Shown piece by piece: positions 50,108 to 63,924 of a DNA stretch of 64,000 bases. The translations under genes were made by a program, and so were the position numbers. The stretch spans positions 22,276,378-22,340,377 of the forward strand of contig NC_068983.1 in NCBI RefSeq assembly GCF_001194135.2. Direction: 5' to 3'. A model generated the notes under the pieces. The model made no database searches. It saw only the letters and a list, made by a program, of their open reading frames with translations, and was not told the origin of the DNA. Origin of the DNA: Octopus bimaculoides. Taxonomy: Eukaryota. Each line of letters begins with the position of its first letter. Position 1 is the stretch's first letter.

Positions 50108-50584
50108 ATGTACATATGCACGTACATATGCATGTGTATGTACATGTATGTGTGTAAGGAAATTGAATTTTTGTAATAGAAGGAATCAAATTTCCACAAG
50201 TGTGTTCTCTTCACTGACATCCTTTAGCACTTGGCAGCCATGTAAATCTTTTCTATTTTGCTTTTAATTCAATCTTCAAAAGCCAAAAATATTCATGGCT
50301 GCAACTTTTAGTGAAAGAAAAGAGAAGAGAAGAAAGCAGTGCTGGTGGGGGGGGAAGTGGAGAGAGAGAAAAAAAAGAGGACAAAATAAGACAAAAAAAA
50401 CGTGAGAAAGGAAAGAAACAAACAAAAAAAGGCATCAAGTCAACTGTCGTATGATATTAAATCTAGTGAACTTGATTTGGGTAGTGAATTACATGCATGC
50501 ATACATATTCGTGTGCATGTGTGTGTATGCATATATATGCATCTGTCTGTATATGTGTGTGTGTGAGTATATGTATATACATAT

Positions 50585-50619
<35 letters not shown>

Positions 50620-51300
50620 AATATATATATATATATATATATATGAGCATATATACATATTTATAGATACAAAACCACACACAGAGAGATGCAATATAAC
50701 TGACACTTGAAGTTCACATATACTGAGGAAGCACAATGTAATCCAAGAGTCAAAAAAGAAAATGGTAGTTTCAAAGTTCAGACTGCATATTGGCTTGCTG
50801 TTGCCCTAGATCCATTTTTTAAAAGAGTTATTTTATTTCAGATCGACGCGATACATTAAATGAACTGTATCAGAATACAGCACACAAGTAACAAATATAT
50901 AAGACCACAACGTGTAATGCAATAATATTATTATTAAAATATAATTGAAAAAGAAAAAAGAAATATAGAATAGATGATCAGTTAAATAACTGTTTTATTT
51001 CAAAACAAAAGACCGAAGAGGGAAGTAACTCATACATAGATTAATTTGGTAGGTGATGTAATAAATGAAGCACAAAATAAAATTTAAAAAACTCTATGAA
51101 TTGAAATTTGTCTCTAATGTTTAAGGGACAAAAGACATAACCCTAGAAAATTATAGTGAGCCACTCTTGGAGAAAAGGGAAGTTAATTTCAAGGACAGTC
51201 AATATGAGTTGTTATTTTTAGCTTCAAGTCAAGTGTCACTAGTCTGTAGAGAAGCATCTGCAAACATTTTGAATAGATTTTTTTACCAGATTGATGTATT

Positions 51301-51590
51301 CATCATAATCATAATTGTTTAACGTCTGCCTTCCATGCTGGAATGGGCTAAGCGGTTTGACAAGAGGTGGCCAAGCAGAAGACTGCACCATACTTCTGTG
51401 TCTGTTTTGGCATGGATTTTACGGCTGGATGCCCTTCCTAACACCAACCACCCTGCAGAGTGGACTGAGTGGTTTTTATGTGGCACGAGCACAGGTGAGG
51501 TCAGTTTTGGCATGGTTTTTACAACTGGATGCCCTTTCAAATGTCAACCACTTTACAGTGTGGACTGAGTGTTTTTTTTTTTTTTTAAGT
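51301..51590 (-). mobile_element. RTE-tailed variant with duplicated module
   Basis: Reverse counterpart of 3546-3820. Confidence 0.75.
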
Positions 51591-52477
51591 GGCACTAACA
51601 CTGGCAGGGTCCACCAAGTAACTTTGCAAGACAAGGAATCTTTGCGAGGGGAGGGGACATTGGAGAAGGTGATCTTGGGTCAGATGATCACAGGAACAGA
51701 TGGAGTCTCCTGTTATAATCAACAGATGAGAGCTCTGCAACTTCTTGCTGAACAACTTGTACAGGTGAGTTGTTGATAGCAATCAAATGTTTGCATTGCA
51801 CATCAGCTTGCTCCCACCATCAAATCAACATTATCTGTACAAGTGCATGGTGTGTCACATGTCTTATGTTGAAGTGATCACACAGCAACATGAAATGAAG
51901 TGGTTTGCTCAAGAACACAATGTCTCACAATTTTGAGTGCAACACCTTAACTACTAAGGTATGTGCCTTCACCTTTATCAGATTAACCCATTAGCATATA
52001 ATCCAGCCATTTCAGGCCCAAATATTCTATGTGTTTCATGTTAAAACTAACCAGATCCAGCCTCTAGCACCCACACTACAATGTCATTCTAGAAATATAC
52101 AAACATAGGCGCCATTTAACGAAAACCCTTCAAGGCCGTGCCCCAACATGGCCGCAGTTCAATTACTGAAACAAGACAGTAGATATATAGTGTGTGACAC
52201 AAATTTAGAAACTTTGAGAGATACGAAATAAATCATCTGATGGTTGAACTTTAAGTACAGCCATAAATAATAATATGTAAATATTGGGTGAAAAAAATCC
52301 TTTGGATGGTAAAAGCAATGGTTTCACTTTTAGCCACACATATGCACATATGTGTGTGTTAACTTAGAAGCATTTCTGCATCTCTTTAACTAAAGAGATA
52401 ACACAGAAAAATTTCCAGGTAGTTCAACTGGTCAATCCAGCAGCATAAGCAGAGTTAGCTAAACAGTTATTCACTTT

Positions 52478-52769
52478 GCCGGTGGCACGTAAATAGCACC
52501 TTTCGAGCGTGATCATTACCAGCATCGCCTTACTGGCACTTGTGCCGGTGGTATTTGGAAAACGACATTTGAGCGACGTCATTGCCAGTGCCGCTGGACT
52601 GGCTCCTGTGTAAGTGACATGTAAAAGCACCATTTGAGCGTGGCCATTGCCAGTACCACCTGACTGGCCCTTGTGCTGGTGGCAAGTAAAAGCACCCACT
52701 ACACTCTCAGAGTGGTTGGCATTAGGAAGGGCATCCAGCTGTAGAAACACTGCCAGATCAGATTGGAGC
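52478..52769 (+). mobile_element. RTE-type 3' UTR with tandem hairpin modules, tail missing
   Basis: GCCGGTGGCACGTAAATAGCACC...TTGAGCG repeated, then AAGCACCCACTACACTCTCAGAGTGGTTGG. Confidence 0.8.
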
Positions 52770-52966
52770 TACTGCTGTAATACACAAAACCAGTGTTGGT
52801 TTGTTTGTCCCTTCCTCCCTAATTTAACAGGTTGCCAAAAAACAACTGATACAATACCAGGCTTAAAGAAATACTAGGGTCAATTTGTTCCACTAAACCC
52901 TCCAAGTTAGTGCTCCAGCATGGTTACAATCCAATGACTGAAACAAATACAACATAAATGACACTA

Positions 52967-53028
<62 letters not shown>

Positions 53029-53253
53029 NNNNNNNNNNTGTGTGAGTGTGTGTGCGTGTGTGTGTGTGTGTGTGTTTATATTGTGCCCTATCCGTTTGGC
53101 AATTAGATTTCTACCTAATTACACTATTCAAGGCTTCTTTAAACATATTTGAGAAAGCCTTTTATTAAATAATCTTACTTTATTCTTGAAACAGCATATC
53201 AACAGAAGAAACAACAAGGTAATTTGTTCCATCAGTGTTATAGAATACACAAA

Positions 53254-53291
<38 letters not shown>

Positions 53292-54868
53292 AGAGAAGGG
53301 GGGGATGGAACTCCCTGATGGAGAAATAAAAATATTTAATGCTAAGAAAATGAAATTGTGCGTTAGAGATATAAAAAAAAAAACTAAATTTATTTTGGTT
53401 TATTTATATTGAAATATGTATTTTTACAGGTGGGGGAAGGGGACTTTTCTTCAATGTAAGAGTTTATGAGTGAGGGGGAGAAGGGAAAGTGTGAATGAGT
53501 GAATGAGTGAGTGAAAAGAAGGAGTAAAAATGAACAAAAACAAATAGAAAGAAATCAGGAAAAAAAAAGAAAAGGGGAAAAGAAAATAAGAATTCAGAAA
53601 AAAATAAAATGATTGCCAGAGAGAGAAAGATAGAGAAAACGAAAGAAAAAACACACAGTGATAGAAAGAAAGAAAGAAAAATGGGAGGAAGCAAGCAAGA
53701 AAAAAAGTAAAGATGAAAAAAAAATAAAAAGGTAAGAAAGGGGAAATAAGGTGAATATAAAAAAAAAAGAAAGTAAAAAATAAAACAAAATAATGAAAGC
53801 AGCATTGAAAGTTGGACAATATTTCTTCCATGACGTCATTATATATTTAGACTGGTGTTGTCTGAAAGAGGGGAAAATATTTGGCCCTTGGACACAAGTA
53901 TCAAAAAAAAAAAAAAAAAAAAAANNNNNNNNNNNNNNNNNNNNNNNNNNNNNNNNNNNNNNNNNNNNNNNNNNNNNNNNNNNNNNNNNNNNNNNNNNNN
54001 NNNNNNNNNNNNNNNNNNNNNNNNNNNNNNNNNNNNNNNNNNNNNNNNNNNNNNNNNNNNNNNNNNNNNNNNNNNNNNNNNNNNNNNNNNNNNNNNNNNN
54101 NNNNNNNNNNNNNNNNNNNNNNNNNNNNNNNNNNNNNNNNNNNNNNNNNNNNNNNNNNNNNNNNNNNNNNNNNNNNNNNNNNNNNNNNNNNNNNNNNNNN
54201 NNNNNNNNNNNNNNNNNNNNNNNNNNNNNNNNNNNNNNNNNNNNNNNNNNNNNNNNNNNNNNNNNNNNNNNNNNNNNNNNNNNNNNNNNNNNNNNNNNNN
54301 NNNNNNNNNNNNNNNNNNNNNNNNNNNNNNNNNNNNNNNNNNNNNNNNNNNNNNNNNNNNNNNNNNNNNNNNNNNNNNNNNNNNNNNNNNNNNNNNNNNN
54401 NNNNNNNNNNNNNNNNNNNNNNNNNNNNNNNNNNNNNNNNNNNNNTGCTTGCCAACTGATGCTGGAGTGTTTGCATCCCTGTAACTTGGCAGTTCGGCGG
54501 AAGAGACCAATAGAATAAGTATTAGGCTTACAAAGAATAAGCTCTGGGGTCGATTTGCTCGACTATAAAGGCGGTACTCCAGCATGGCCACAGTCAAATG
54601 ACTGAAACAAGTATAAGGAAAAAAAAAAAAAAAGACCATTATTTAGCATTCATCTTCCATGCTGGACAGTTTCACAGGAGCCAGCAAGCCCTAGGACTGC
54701 ACCAAGCTCTGCTATCTGCTTTGGCATGGATTCTACTGTTGGATGCCCTTCCTAACACCAACCACTTTCCTAAAATTCATATGGAATAAGTTAGTTATAC
54801 TGCTACAATACACAAAACATTCAAATTTTTTATACAATTCCCAAATAACATTTAAATATTTTTTTTAA

Positions 54869-55091
54869 CCCTTTAGCACTTAAATCTGCCATTTCAATTC
54901 AAAATATTCTACTGGTTTTATGATTGAACCAGCCAGATCTGGCTTGTCATATCTACCCAACAATGCCATTCTAAAATTTAACAGCTACATCATCACAATC
55001 TGAAAGCTGCAAAATAATGCATAGTGGCTAATTCAAAACAATGTAAATATATACGTATCGCTTCTGGCAGAGTAATCTGAATGTTAAGAGG
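54869..55091. mobile_element. piggyBac-type MITE
   Basis: TTAA CCCTTTAGCACTT ... AATGTTAAGAGG TTAA. Confidence 0.8.
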
Positions 55092-56785
55092 TTAAACACT
55101 AAATGACTATGAAGGTTCACCGAAGTATGACAGGAATCAAAAAGAAGCCATACGTAAAAAATGGTTAAGAAGCACTGATACAGACAAATAAAGTTTGCAT
55201 TGCGATCACAAGGACCTTCTGGGTTTGATCTCACCGTGTGGCATCTTTGGCAAGCATTTTCTACCATAGCCTCAGATCAACCCAAGCGTTGTCAGTGAAA
55301 CTGGATGGATGGAAATTGTGTGGAAACCTCTCAGATGGACTGTAGCAGTAATCTAATGAGCTAGTCTGGTGACAAACAATTCTGTTTGAGAATAACATTA
55401 AGTGTACACATAAGTTTGTGGAGTACTCAGACACTTAGTAACTGAGTATTTCAGGTAGTTCAGTTGTAGTTCAGCTGATCAAACAAATGAAAACACAGTG
55501 TTGAAACATTTACCTCACGCATGCATGCATGCACACACATATATATACAAAAGTGTTTTAGAAAAGTTTAATACAGAGAATGAAGTAGCATTCATTATTT
55601 AACCCCCCCCCCCCCGGGCAGAAAAACACACACACACACACACACACACCACTTTCAACACTTAAGCTACATCATATAGATGACAACGGCGATGTCATCA
55701 CCTTCAGTCGTAGTCAGTAATCGTTCTCTTTCTCTCTCTCTAAATACAATGCAAAGTACCACTTATGACCATTAAGCTTCACGCAAAAAAGAAATATGGA
55801 TAAGTATATCTATTCAGTCGTGGGCTCTTTCCAGTCAAAGGTCACACAAAAAAGAAAAATTATAATAAACAATTTATTGTTCTGAACAACAAAGATTTAT
55901 AAAGTCAAAAAAAAAACAAATTGCTCTAAGGTTTAGAAAAGTTGTTGAAGTATGTAAAGTTAAGCTTAAATATAAGCCATTCATCCTGTCTGGCTGTGTA
56001 GTAAGAAGTTTACTTTTTAATCACATGGACTTGAGTTCAATTCCACTGTGTGGTACCTTGGGCAAACCACTAAGTTACAGGGACAAAATCAAGCCAACAA
56101 CGGTAGTCAAGCAATGGGGTGGGGAGACACCAAGACACATGCACGCAAATACTTTATTTATACACACACACACACACACACACACAAAGGGCTTCCACAC
56201 AGTTTTTGTTTACTACATTCACTCACAAGGCATTGGTTAGTCTGGGGCTATAGTAGAAGACACTTGCTCAAGATATCATAAAGTGGGACTGGAAACTAAA
56301 ATTGCATGATTGCAAAATAAGCTTCTTAACCACACAGCCATGGTGCATGGAGAGAAAGTGACTCATACTAAATGTGTGTGTGTGTGTGTGTGCGTGCACA
56401 TGCACATGCCTAGGTGTGTGTTGTGTTTGTTTACATATGTGCTTCTTTGGAAATAGCTGAGCGACAAGTGTTGGTGATGTTGTCATTTCCCCCTTAATAA
56501 ATCATTCATTAACCTTACGCCTTCAAAGATATACAAAGAAGAGATCCATTGTTGATAAAACAATGAGCATGTGGCTGTAAAACAATGCCTCAGCAATGGA
56601 TTCACCAAACCCATGCTAGCATAGAAAAACAGACATAAAAAAGTACATAAAAAGCTACAAATAATTTATTATTAATAATTCATTATTTATAGCATCATAT
56701 GTACTTTGAAAATCGATTCTCAAAAAGAATTATTCCATGCCCTCTCAAAAGTTTATAAATTCTTATGCCATCAATAAAGGAATTA

Positions 56786-56831
<46 letters not shown>

Positions 56832-56834
56832 ATA

Positions 56835-57205
56835 GGTACAGGAGTGGCTGTGTAGTAAGTAGCTTGCTTACCAGCCACATGGCTCCAGGTTCAGTCCCAC
56901 AGTGTGGCACTTTTGGCAAGTGCCTTCTACTATAGCCTCAGGCTGACCAAAGCCTTATGCATGGATTTGGTAAACGGAAACTGAAAGAAGCCCATCATAT
57001 ATATTATGTTATGTGTGTGTGTTTGTGTTTGGCCCCCCACCATCACCTGAAAACCAATGGTGGTGTGTTTACGTCCCCATAACTTAGCGGTTCAGCAAAA
57101 GAGACCAATATAATAAGTACTATGCTTACAAAGAATAAGTCCTACGGTCAATTTGTTTGACTAAAGGCAGTGCTCCAGCATGACCGCAGTCAAAAGACTG
57201 AAACA

Positions 57206-57210
<5 letters not shown>
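56835..57210 (+). mobile_element. SINE family B, full length reference copy (about 370 bp)
   Basis: A box TGGCTGTGTAGT, B box GGTTCAGTCCC (56888-56898), internal TA/GT tract, 3' GGCAGTGCTCCAGCATGACCGCAGTC...GACTGAAACAAATAA. Confidence 0.9.
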
Positions 57211-57244
<34 letters not shown>

Positions 57245-57651
57245 TGCATGTGTGTGTGCGTGTGTAAGTTCATGATAGCATTAGTTAGAACCAGGAGAAA
57301 TTAAACTACACAGAGTAGAAGAGACAAAACTAGAAAGCAAACAAAAATGAAATAAAACAGAGAAAATAAAATTAATTGCTTTGAAAAAAGTAATTACTGC
57401 ATCCAAAAGTACATCTTAATTGTGACAGTATATTACCTGAAAGGAGAGGGAAAGAGATGAAGTGATGGAGGTATGTGTATGTGTGAACACATGCACACGT
57501 TTTGTTGTTATTTAACCTCAGGTAATACCTGATTAAGCAGACTTAGGATCAAAGAGATTCCACCTTGATTCCCCTAATTATTTCTTAGCATTGTGTTTCT
57601 CAGATTACATTATCCAATGTGTCTCTCACACCTCCTTTGTAAAAATGGATA

Positions 57652-58085
57652 CATCATCATCATCATCATCGTTTAACGTCCGCTTTCCATACTAGCATGG
57701 ATTGGACGATTTGACTGAGGACTGGTGAAACCAGATGGCTACACCAGGCTCCAATCTGATCTGGCAGAGTTTCTACAGCTGGATGCCCTTCCTAATGCCA
57801 ACCACTCCGAGAGTGTAGTGGGTGCTATTACGTGCCACCGGCACATGGGCCAGTCAGGTGGTACTGGCAACGGCCACGCTCAAATGCTGTTTTTACATGC
57901 CGCCTGCACAGGAGCCAGTCCAGGGGCACTGGCAATGACCTCGCTCGAATGTTTTTTCACGTGCCCCCGGCACAAGTGCCAGTAAGGAGACGCTGGTAAC
58001 GATCACACTCAAATGGTGCTTTTTACATGCCACCGGCACGGAAACCAGACAGCTGCTCTAACAATGATCACGCTCGGATGGTGCT
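57652..58085 (-). mobile_element. RTE-type 3' UTR with four hairpin modules
   Basis: Colinear with 2610-3050. Confidence 0.85.
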
Positions 58086-58450
58086 GGTTAAGAGACTCAC
58101 TTTGCAACCATGTAGTTTTAGGTTCAGTCCCAATGTGCAGAACTTTGGGCAAGTGCCTTCTACTGCAGACTTGGGTCAACCAATGCTTTGTGTGTGGATT
58201 TGGTAAATGGAAAACTGTATAAAAGCCCATCATATGTATGTATGTGTGCCTTTGTATTCACCCTCATGCCACTGCTCAACATCCAGTGCTGGTTTGCTTA
58301 CATCCCCATAACTTAGCATTTTGGCCAAAGAGATTGACAGAATAGGAACCAAAACTTTAAAAATAAGTACTAAGATCGATTCGTTTCACTAAAACCTTCA
58401 AAGCAGTGCCCTAACATGGCTGCAGTCCAATGATTGAAACAAGTAAAAGA
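58086..58450 (+). mobile_element. SINE family B, head truncated next to the RTE copy
   Basis: GGTTCAGTCCCAATGTGCAGAACTTTGGGCAAGTGCC...AACATGGCTGCAGTCCAATGATTGAAACAAGTAAAAG. Confidence 0.75.
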
Positions 58451-60354
58451 TACAAGATACATATTCACATATATTACATATACACACATACACATACACA
58501 CACACATACATACATATATTTTTCATTTTTTTTATCATTTTATCTAGTTTCAGTTCATGAGCTGTGGCCATGCTGGGGCACCGCCATTATATATATATAT
58601 ATATATATATTACATACACATATCAAAATGAGCATACTGATACCTGACCTGCAAGAAATGACAGTCATACCTTTCTCAAATCACACTTGCATTTTAAAAG
58701 TGAAAGGGTTCATTAGATAAGGTAGTCCAAGATACATAATGCCTGGAAAAATAAACTAATATGTTCACCTGGGGGTGGGGGGACTAAAACAACAACAACA
58801 ACAACATATGGAAGAGAGACAATCAAACATCAAGAGACATCTTGATAACAAGCTGACAATGTGTACTTAACAACCACAATGATTTCTGAACACACACAAA
58901 CACAGTTATTAAATTACTCATAGCAACTTCCATAATTATCAAAAACCACGACCAACCCATACTGACGTTCAATGCTGCTACCACCACCAAAACCATCACC
59001 ACTACTACATCTTTACAATTTGTCACCAAAATTACCACCACGACCACCATCACTATTACTACAGCTATAATTACCAAAAACCCCCCACCACACCATCACC
59101 CTCCCTGCCCCCACTTTCTACAATAGCATCACCACCACCACTGCAACGACCAATCAACAAACCAGCACATGGCCACCACAATAATCATCTCAAACCTAAG
59201 ACAATGATGAACGAATCATCATCCACCATCACCATAATGGTATATTATTCCATTCTTCTTGCACACCAGCAGTGCTATCGTGCCAGAGACATCAAAATAT
59301 CCCCCACACCCTCCTCATCACCACCACATCATCTCATCTACCATTAAACTACTCTTTGCCCAACAATTCCAAGCACCAGAATCATAAACTACAATCGCAT
59401 ATAGAATCAAATAGATCTAGCCACAGACCATCAAGACCATCACCATCACCACAATAGTTAATCAAAATATTGTAACTCTAAGAATAACCTCATGTGCAAC
59501 ACCAACACCACCTCCAAACTAAGAAGACAGCAAGGGAAGAAAATGTCAGCTGGTGACCCCCCCCCCACCCCACTCCCTTCCTACAAGTCAAAACAAAGAT
59601 TACAATCCAGAAATTGGTCTATTTCTTAATTAGTTCATTATTAGAAATTTTCAGTAAACCATGCACAGTCACTCGATGTTAATTAGTAATCATCTATCTG
59701 CAGCAGATTTAGTTCATATAACAGTAAATGTTAATAGTATAATTAACCAATGGTAACTAACTATTCACAATTAATAACTTATTTGTGACAATCATTCAGA
59801 ATGGCAACTATAGTACATGGGCAGTATTATTAACAATCTATAATGGACGCACGCACACACACACATGCAGAGGTTATTGTGTTAATACATTCTTTAATTC
59901 ATTTTAGTCATTAGACAGCAGCCATGCTGAGGACATTGTTGCAAATAAATAAATAATCACGTGACCAACCAGGATTTCAGATGTTGTTACACATTGTTGC
60001 TCACAATGCACTTTTGCATTGTTTTAACATTCAAATGACACCACCCCACTGGCTAGCCAACAATCCCCACAGATCAAAGGGACACTGGAGCAACGTGAAA
60101 TGGATCTGCCAATCATGAGTGCCACAGCCTAACCACTAGGCCAGGCACATTCACAAATAACTAATATAAGAAATAAATTATGTTTCTTCTTCTTCTTCTT
60201 CTTCTTATTATTATTATTATTATTATTATCATTATTATAATTACTATTATTATTATTATTATTATTATTATTTAGTAGTCTTACTTTTATCACATGCTTT
60301 CACTGCCCTACCAAGTGCAGCTCTGTGTGCCTTGGGTATGTGCTGTGGCTTGTA

Positions 60355-60677
60355 GTGATGCTCTTATTTTCATCCGAACGTGGCCAATGCCAGTGTCTCC
60401 TGCCTGGCTCCTGTGCCGGTGGCACGTAAAAGGTATTATCCAAACGTGGACGATGACAGACCTGCCTCGCTGGCTCCTGTGCCAGTGGCACATAAAAAGC
60501 ACCCACTACACTCTCGGAGTGGTTGACATTAGGAAAGGCATCTAGCTGAAGAAACTTGCCAGATCAGATTGGATCTTGGTGTAGCCACTGGCTCTCCAGA
60601 CTTCAGTCAAACTGTCCAACCCATGCCAGCATGGAAAATGGATGTTAAACGATGATGATGATGATGATGATGATGAT
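60355..60677 (+). mobile_element. RTE-type 3' end with (GAT)n tail
   Basis: GTGCCGGTGGCACGTAAAAG modules, then AAGCACCCACTACACTCTCGGAGTGG...GTTAAAC(GAT)n. Confidence 0.85.
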
Positions 60678-61072
60678 GAAGATGTGTGTGGTGCCTAGTA
60701 GTGCTATTTTCTGTATGTTATATATTGATGTTAGTCCTGGTGTTTTTGTTATGTATTTGTCTGAATATTTTTTTTATCATATCTAATGTGCCTACTATGA
60801 TAGAAATTGTTTCTGTTTTTAGACTCTACATTCGAGTTACCTCTATTTCCACGTCTTTGTATTTTGACAGTTTCTCCACTTCTTTTAGAGAAACGTTGTC
60901 ATCTGTTGCTATTGATACGATCAGAAAGTTTTTAAAAAAATTTTTTGGTGATCTCTGACAACTATATCTGGCCTGTTGGCCTTAATTTCTCTATGTGTAT
61001 TGGCATATCCTGTAGGATTGTTGCTTTCTCATTTTCTGTGACCTTCTCTGGCATGTGCCTATACCATCATTC

Positions 61073-61077
<5 letters not shown>
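60678..61077 (-). pseudogene. R4/Dong-clade non-LTR retrotransposon fragment, restriction-like endonuclease (RLE) domain
   Basis: Minus strand, frameshifted: WYRHMPEKVTENEKATIL...REIKANRPDIVV...DDNVSLKEVEKLSKYKDVEIEVTRM...IIVGTL...LLGT. RPD..D..E.EK..KY..L is the R4-type RLE signature. Confidence 0.8.
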
Positions 61078-61113
<36 letters not shown>

Positions 61114-61498
61114 GCTTCTAACTTAAATATAAAGCCAGCAATTCTTGAGACAAGAGAGTTAGTTAATGCCATGGACTCCAGTATTTATTTTATCAACTTC
61201 CTAAAAGGACGGAAAAGGCAAAGTAAATATTTAAGCAATGTAAAATAAAAACAAATGAAGGGCACACATCTGAGCCTCACACTGTGAGGGGAGCCTCTAC
61301 AGCCTGTTGCAAAATAGCAGTAAAACATCCTTTAAAATAATAGCCTAGAAAGGACATATTAGATAATATAGACTATAATAACAGCTGTAACGCCTTTGAT
61401 CATCAGCATGCCTAATCAAAGCTGACCTAGGTTAAACAACAATAATGCTACAGTGAAAAGCTGCTCTTCCATGTAACACCCGCATTTCCAAATAATAA

Positions 61499-61880
61499 AA
61501 AGGAAGAAAGGAAGAACGTGCATGATAATCAACACAGCATGCCCTGGTGACAACAGGATCAAAGAGAAAGAAAAACTGAACAACTACAATTTAAAATAGG
61601 GAAATACAAAGGTTGTAGTCAATGAGGAAAGTGAAGAGGATACCAATAGTGATTGGCAGACTTGGAAGTGTCAGCATTCAAGTACCAACGGGGCTCAAAA
61701 AGATTGGTGTAAGTGTAAAGATAGAACACCAACAAAAATCAGCATTGCTTGGAACTGCAAGAATTCTTCACAAGGTTCTTGAAGCATGGCCAGTAAACAA
61801 GTATCACCTTCGTCTGCTGGCTGTGCAAAGCTGACACTTTCCATCATACCCAGCAAAATAAGCCGAGAATTTTCCGCAAA
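61499..61880 (+). pseudogene. Second R4/Dong-clade fragment (RLE C-terminus plus short 3' UTR) ending at TAA repeats
   Basis: RTCMIINTACPGDNRIKEKEK...MRKVKRIPIVIGRLG...KIEHQQKSALLGTARILHKVLE. Followed by AAATAATAAT (61878-61887) and preceded by AATAATAA (61491-61498). Confidence 0.8.
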
Positions 61881-61887
61881 TAATAAT

Positions 61888-62097
61888 CCTTTCTATTATA
61901 CACACAAGACTGAAATTTTGAGGGGAAGGGGTTAGTCAATTTCACAAACCCAGTGCTCAAGTGGTACTTATTTTATCGGCCCCAAAAAGATAAAAAGCAA
62001 AGTCGACCTCGGTACAATTTGAACTCAGATCATAAAAACAAACAAAATGCCACAAAGCATTTTGTCCAGCATGCTAACAATTTTGCCAGCTTGCTGT
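61888..62097 (-). mobile_element. SINE family C (a second partial copy follows at about 62115-62270)
   Basis: CCTTTCTATTATACACACAAGACTGAAATT...AAAGTCGACCTCGG...TTTGAACTCAG...CTAACAATTTTGCCAGCTTGCTG. Confidence 0.8.
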
Positions 62098-62635
62098 AGT
62101 AGAAGTAGTGATTTCAAATTTTGGCATAAGGCCAGTAATTTCAAGAGAGGGGTAAGTCGATTAAAGTTGATTACGTCGACCCCAATGTTCAACAGGTACT
62201 TATTTTATGGACCCTCAAAAGATGAAAGGCAATGTCGATCTCAGCAGAATTTGAACTCAAAACGTAATAATGATAATATTGGCAGACTGAAACTCTGATG
62301 GCACAATGGTATAAAATAATACAGTTTTGCTGCTGCTGTTTAGCCTCAAGTCAACCCTGGTCACGTGGGCCCATGAGCAATGTTAATCCAACTATGACCA
62401 TCATGTCTGTTAGTCATCCATAGTGTAGCTTATTGTAACAAAAACCAACACTATCCAATGTTATCCTTCCTCTTTTGTAAGACAGCAGAGATATTATTTG
62501 AGAGATATTTGGCTGCTGTTTCTCATAGATCGAGCTATGCATGGGGGGAGGGGGTTCTGCATTTGACGAGAGACAGAGAGTGTATGAGTGCATGCACACA
62601 ACTGCACATTTGAGACATATTTTAGCAGTAGGATT

Positions 62636-62666
<31 letters not shown>

Positions 62667-62702
62667 AAAAATAATGAACTAAATAAATGAAANNNNNNNN
62701 NN

Positions 62703-62990
62703 GGGCTGACCAAAACCTTGTGAGTGAATTTGGTAGACGGAAACTGAAAGAAGCCCGTCGTATATATGCATATATATGTGTGTGTATGTGTTTGCGTGTC
62801 TGTGTTTGTCCCCCAGCATCGCTTGACAACCGATGCTGGTATGTTTACGTCCCCGTCACTTAGCGGTTCGGCAAGACAGACCGATAGAATAAGTACTAGG
62901 CTTACAAAGAATAAATCCTGGGGTCGATTTGCTCGACTAAAGGCGGCGCTCCAGCATGGCCGCAGTCAAATGACAAACAAATAAAAGAGT
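62703..62990 (+). mobile_element. SINE family B 3' two-thirds, young-looking (CpG retained)
   Basis: GGTAGACGGAAACTGAAAGAAGCCCGTCG...GGCGGCGCTCCAGCATGGCCGCAGTC. The head is lost in the N gap. Confidence 0.85.
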
Positions 62991-63445
62991 AAAAGAGAGT
63001 AAAGGCTATTCACATAACGTGGATAAGTAAAAGCAAAGTAACTGGCACTCACAAAATAAATAGGGGAAGGAGATAGTGCGTGCGTGTGTGTGTACTTTCG
63101 AGAGAAACTTGCTCACTTAAAAGTAGCCCAATAGAAAAGCTAAACAATAGTAAATTGTTTAGGACATATGCATACATACACTGTATCCCTCATACATATA
63201 CTAAACAAACACACACGCGTGCGCGCAATAAGAACAATAGAAACCAAACCACATACTGCATATAAAAATAAACCAAAAATACACACAATAGAAAAAAACA
63301 AATGTTACACTCAGGCGTGTGTATGCGCGTACACACATACATACACACACACACATTACGTATTTTATTCTTCATTAAGAGTGGAAGGGAAAATAAAGTA
63401 AATATCCTTCGAGGTTGAACTCAATACATATCACAAACACAGTTC

Positions 63446-63482
<37 letters not shown>

Positions 63483-63861
63483 NNNNNNNNNNNNNNNNNN
63501 NNNNNNNNNNNNNNNNNNNNNNNNNNNNNNNNNNNNNNNNNNNNNNNNNNNNNNNNNNNNNNNNNNNNNNNNNNNNNNNNNNNNNNNNNNNNNNNNNNNN
63601 NNNNNNNNNNNNNNNNNNNNNNNNNNNNNNNNNNNNNNNNNNNNNNNNNNNNNNNNNNNNNNNNNNNNNNNNNNNNNNNNNNNNNNNNNNNNNNNNNNNN
63701 NNNNNNNNNNNNNNNNNNNNNNNNNNNNNNNNNNNNNNNNNNNNNNNNNNNNNNNNNNNNNNNNNNNNNNNNNNNNNNNNNNNNNNNNNNNNNNNNNNNN
63801 NNNNNNNNNNNNNNNNNNNNNNNNNNNNNNNNNNNNNNNNNNNNNNNNNNNNNNNNNNNNN

Positions 63862-63893
<32 letters not shown>

Positions 63894-63924
63894 CATATAT
63901 GAAAAGTAAATATATATAAGCACA

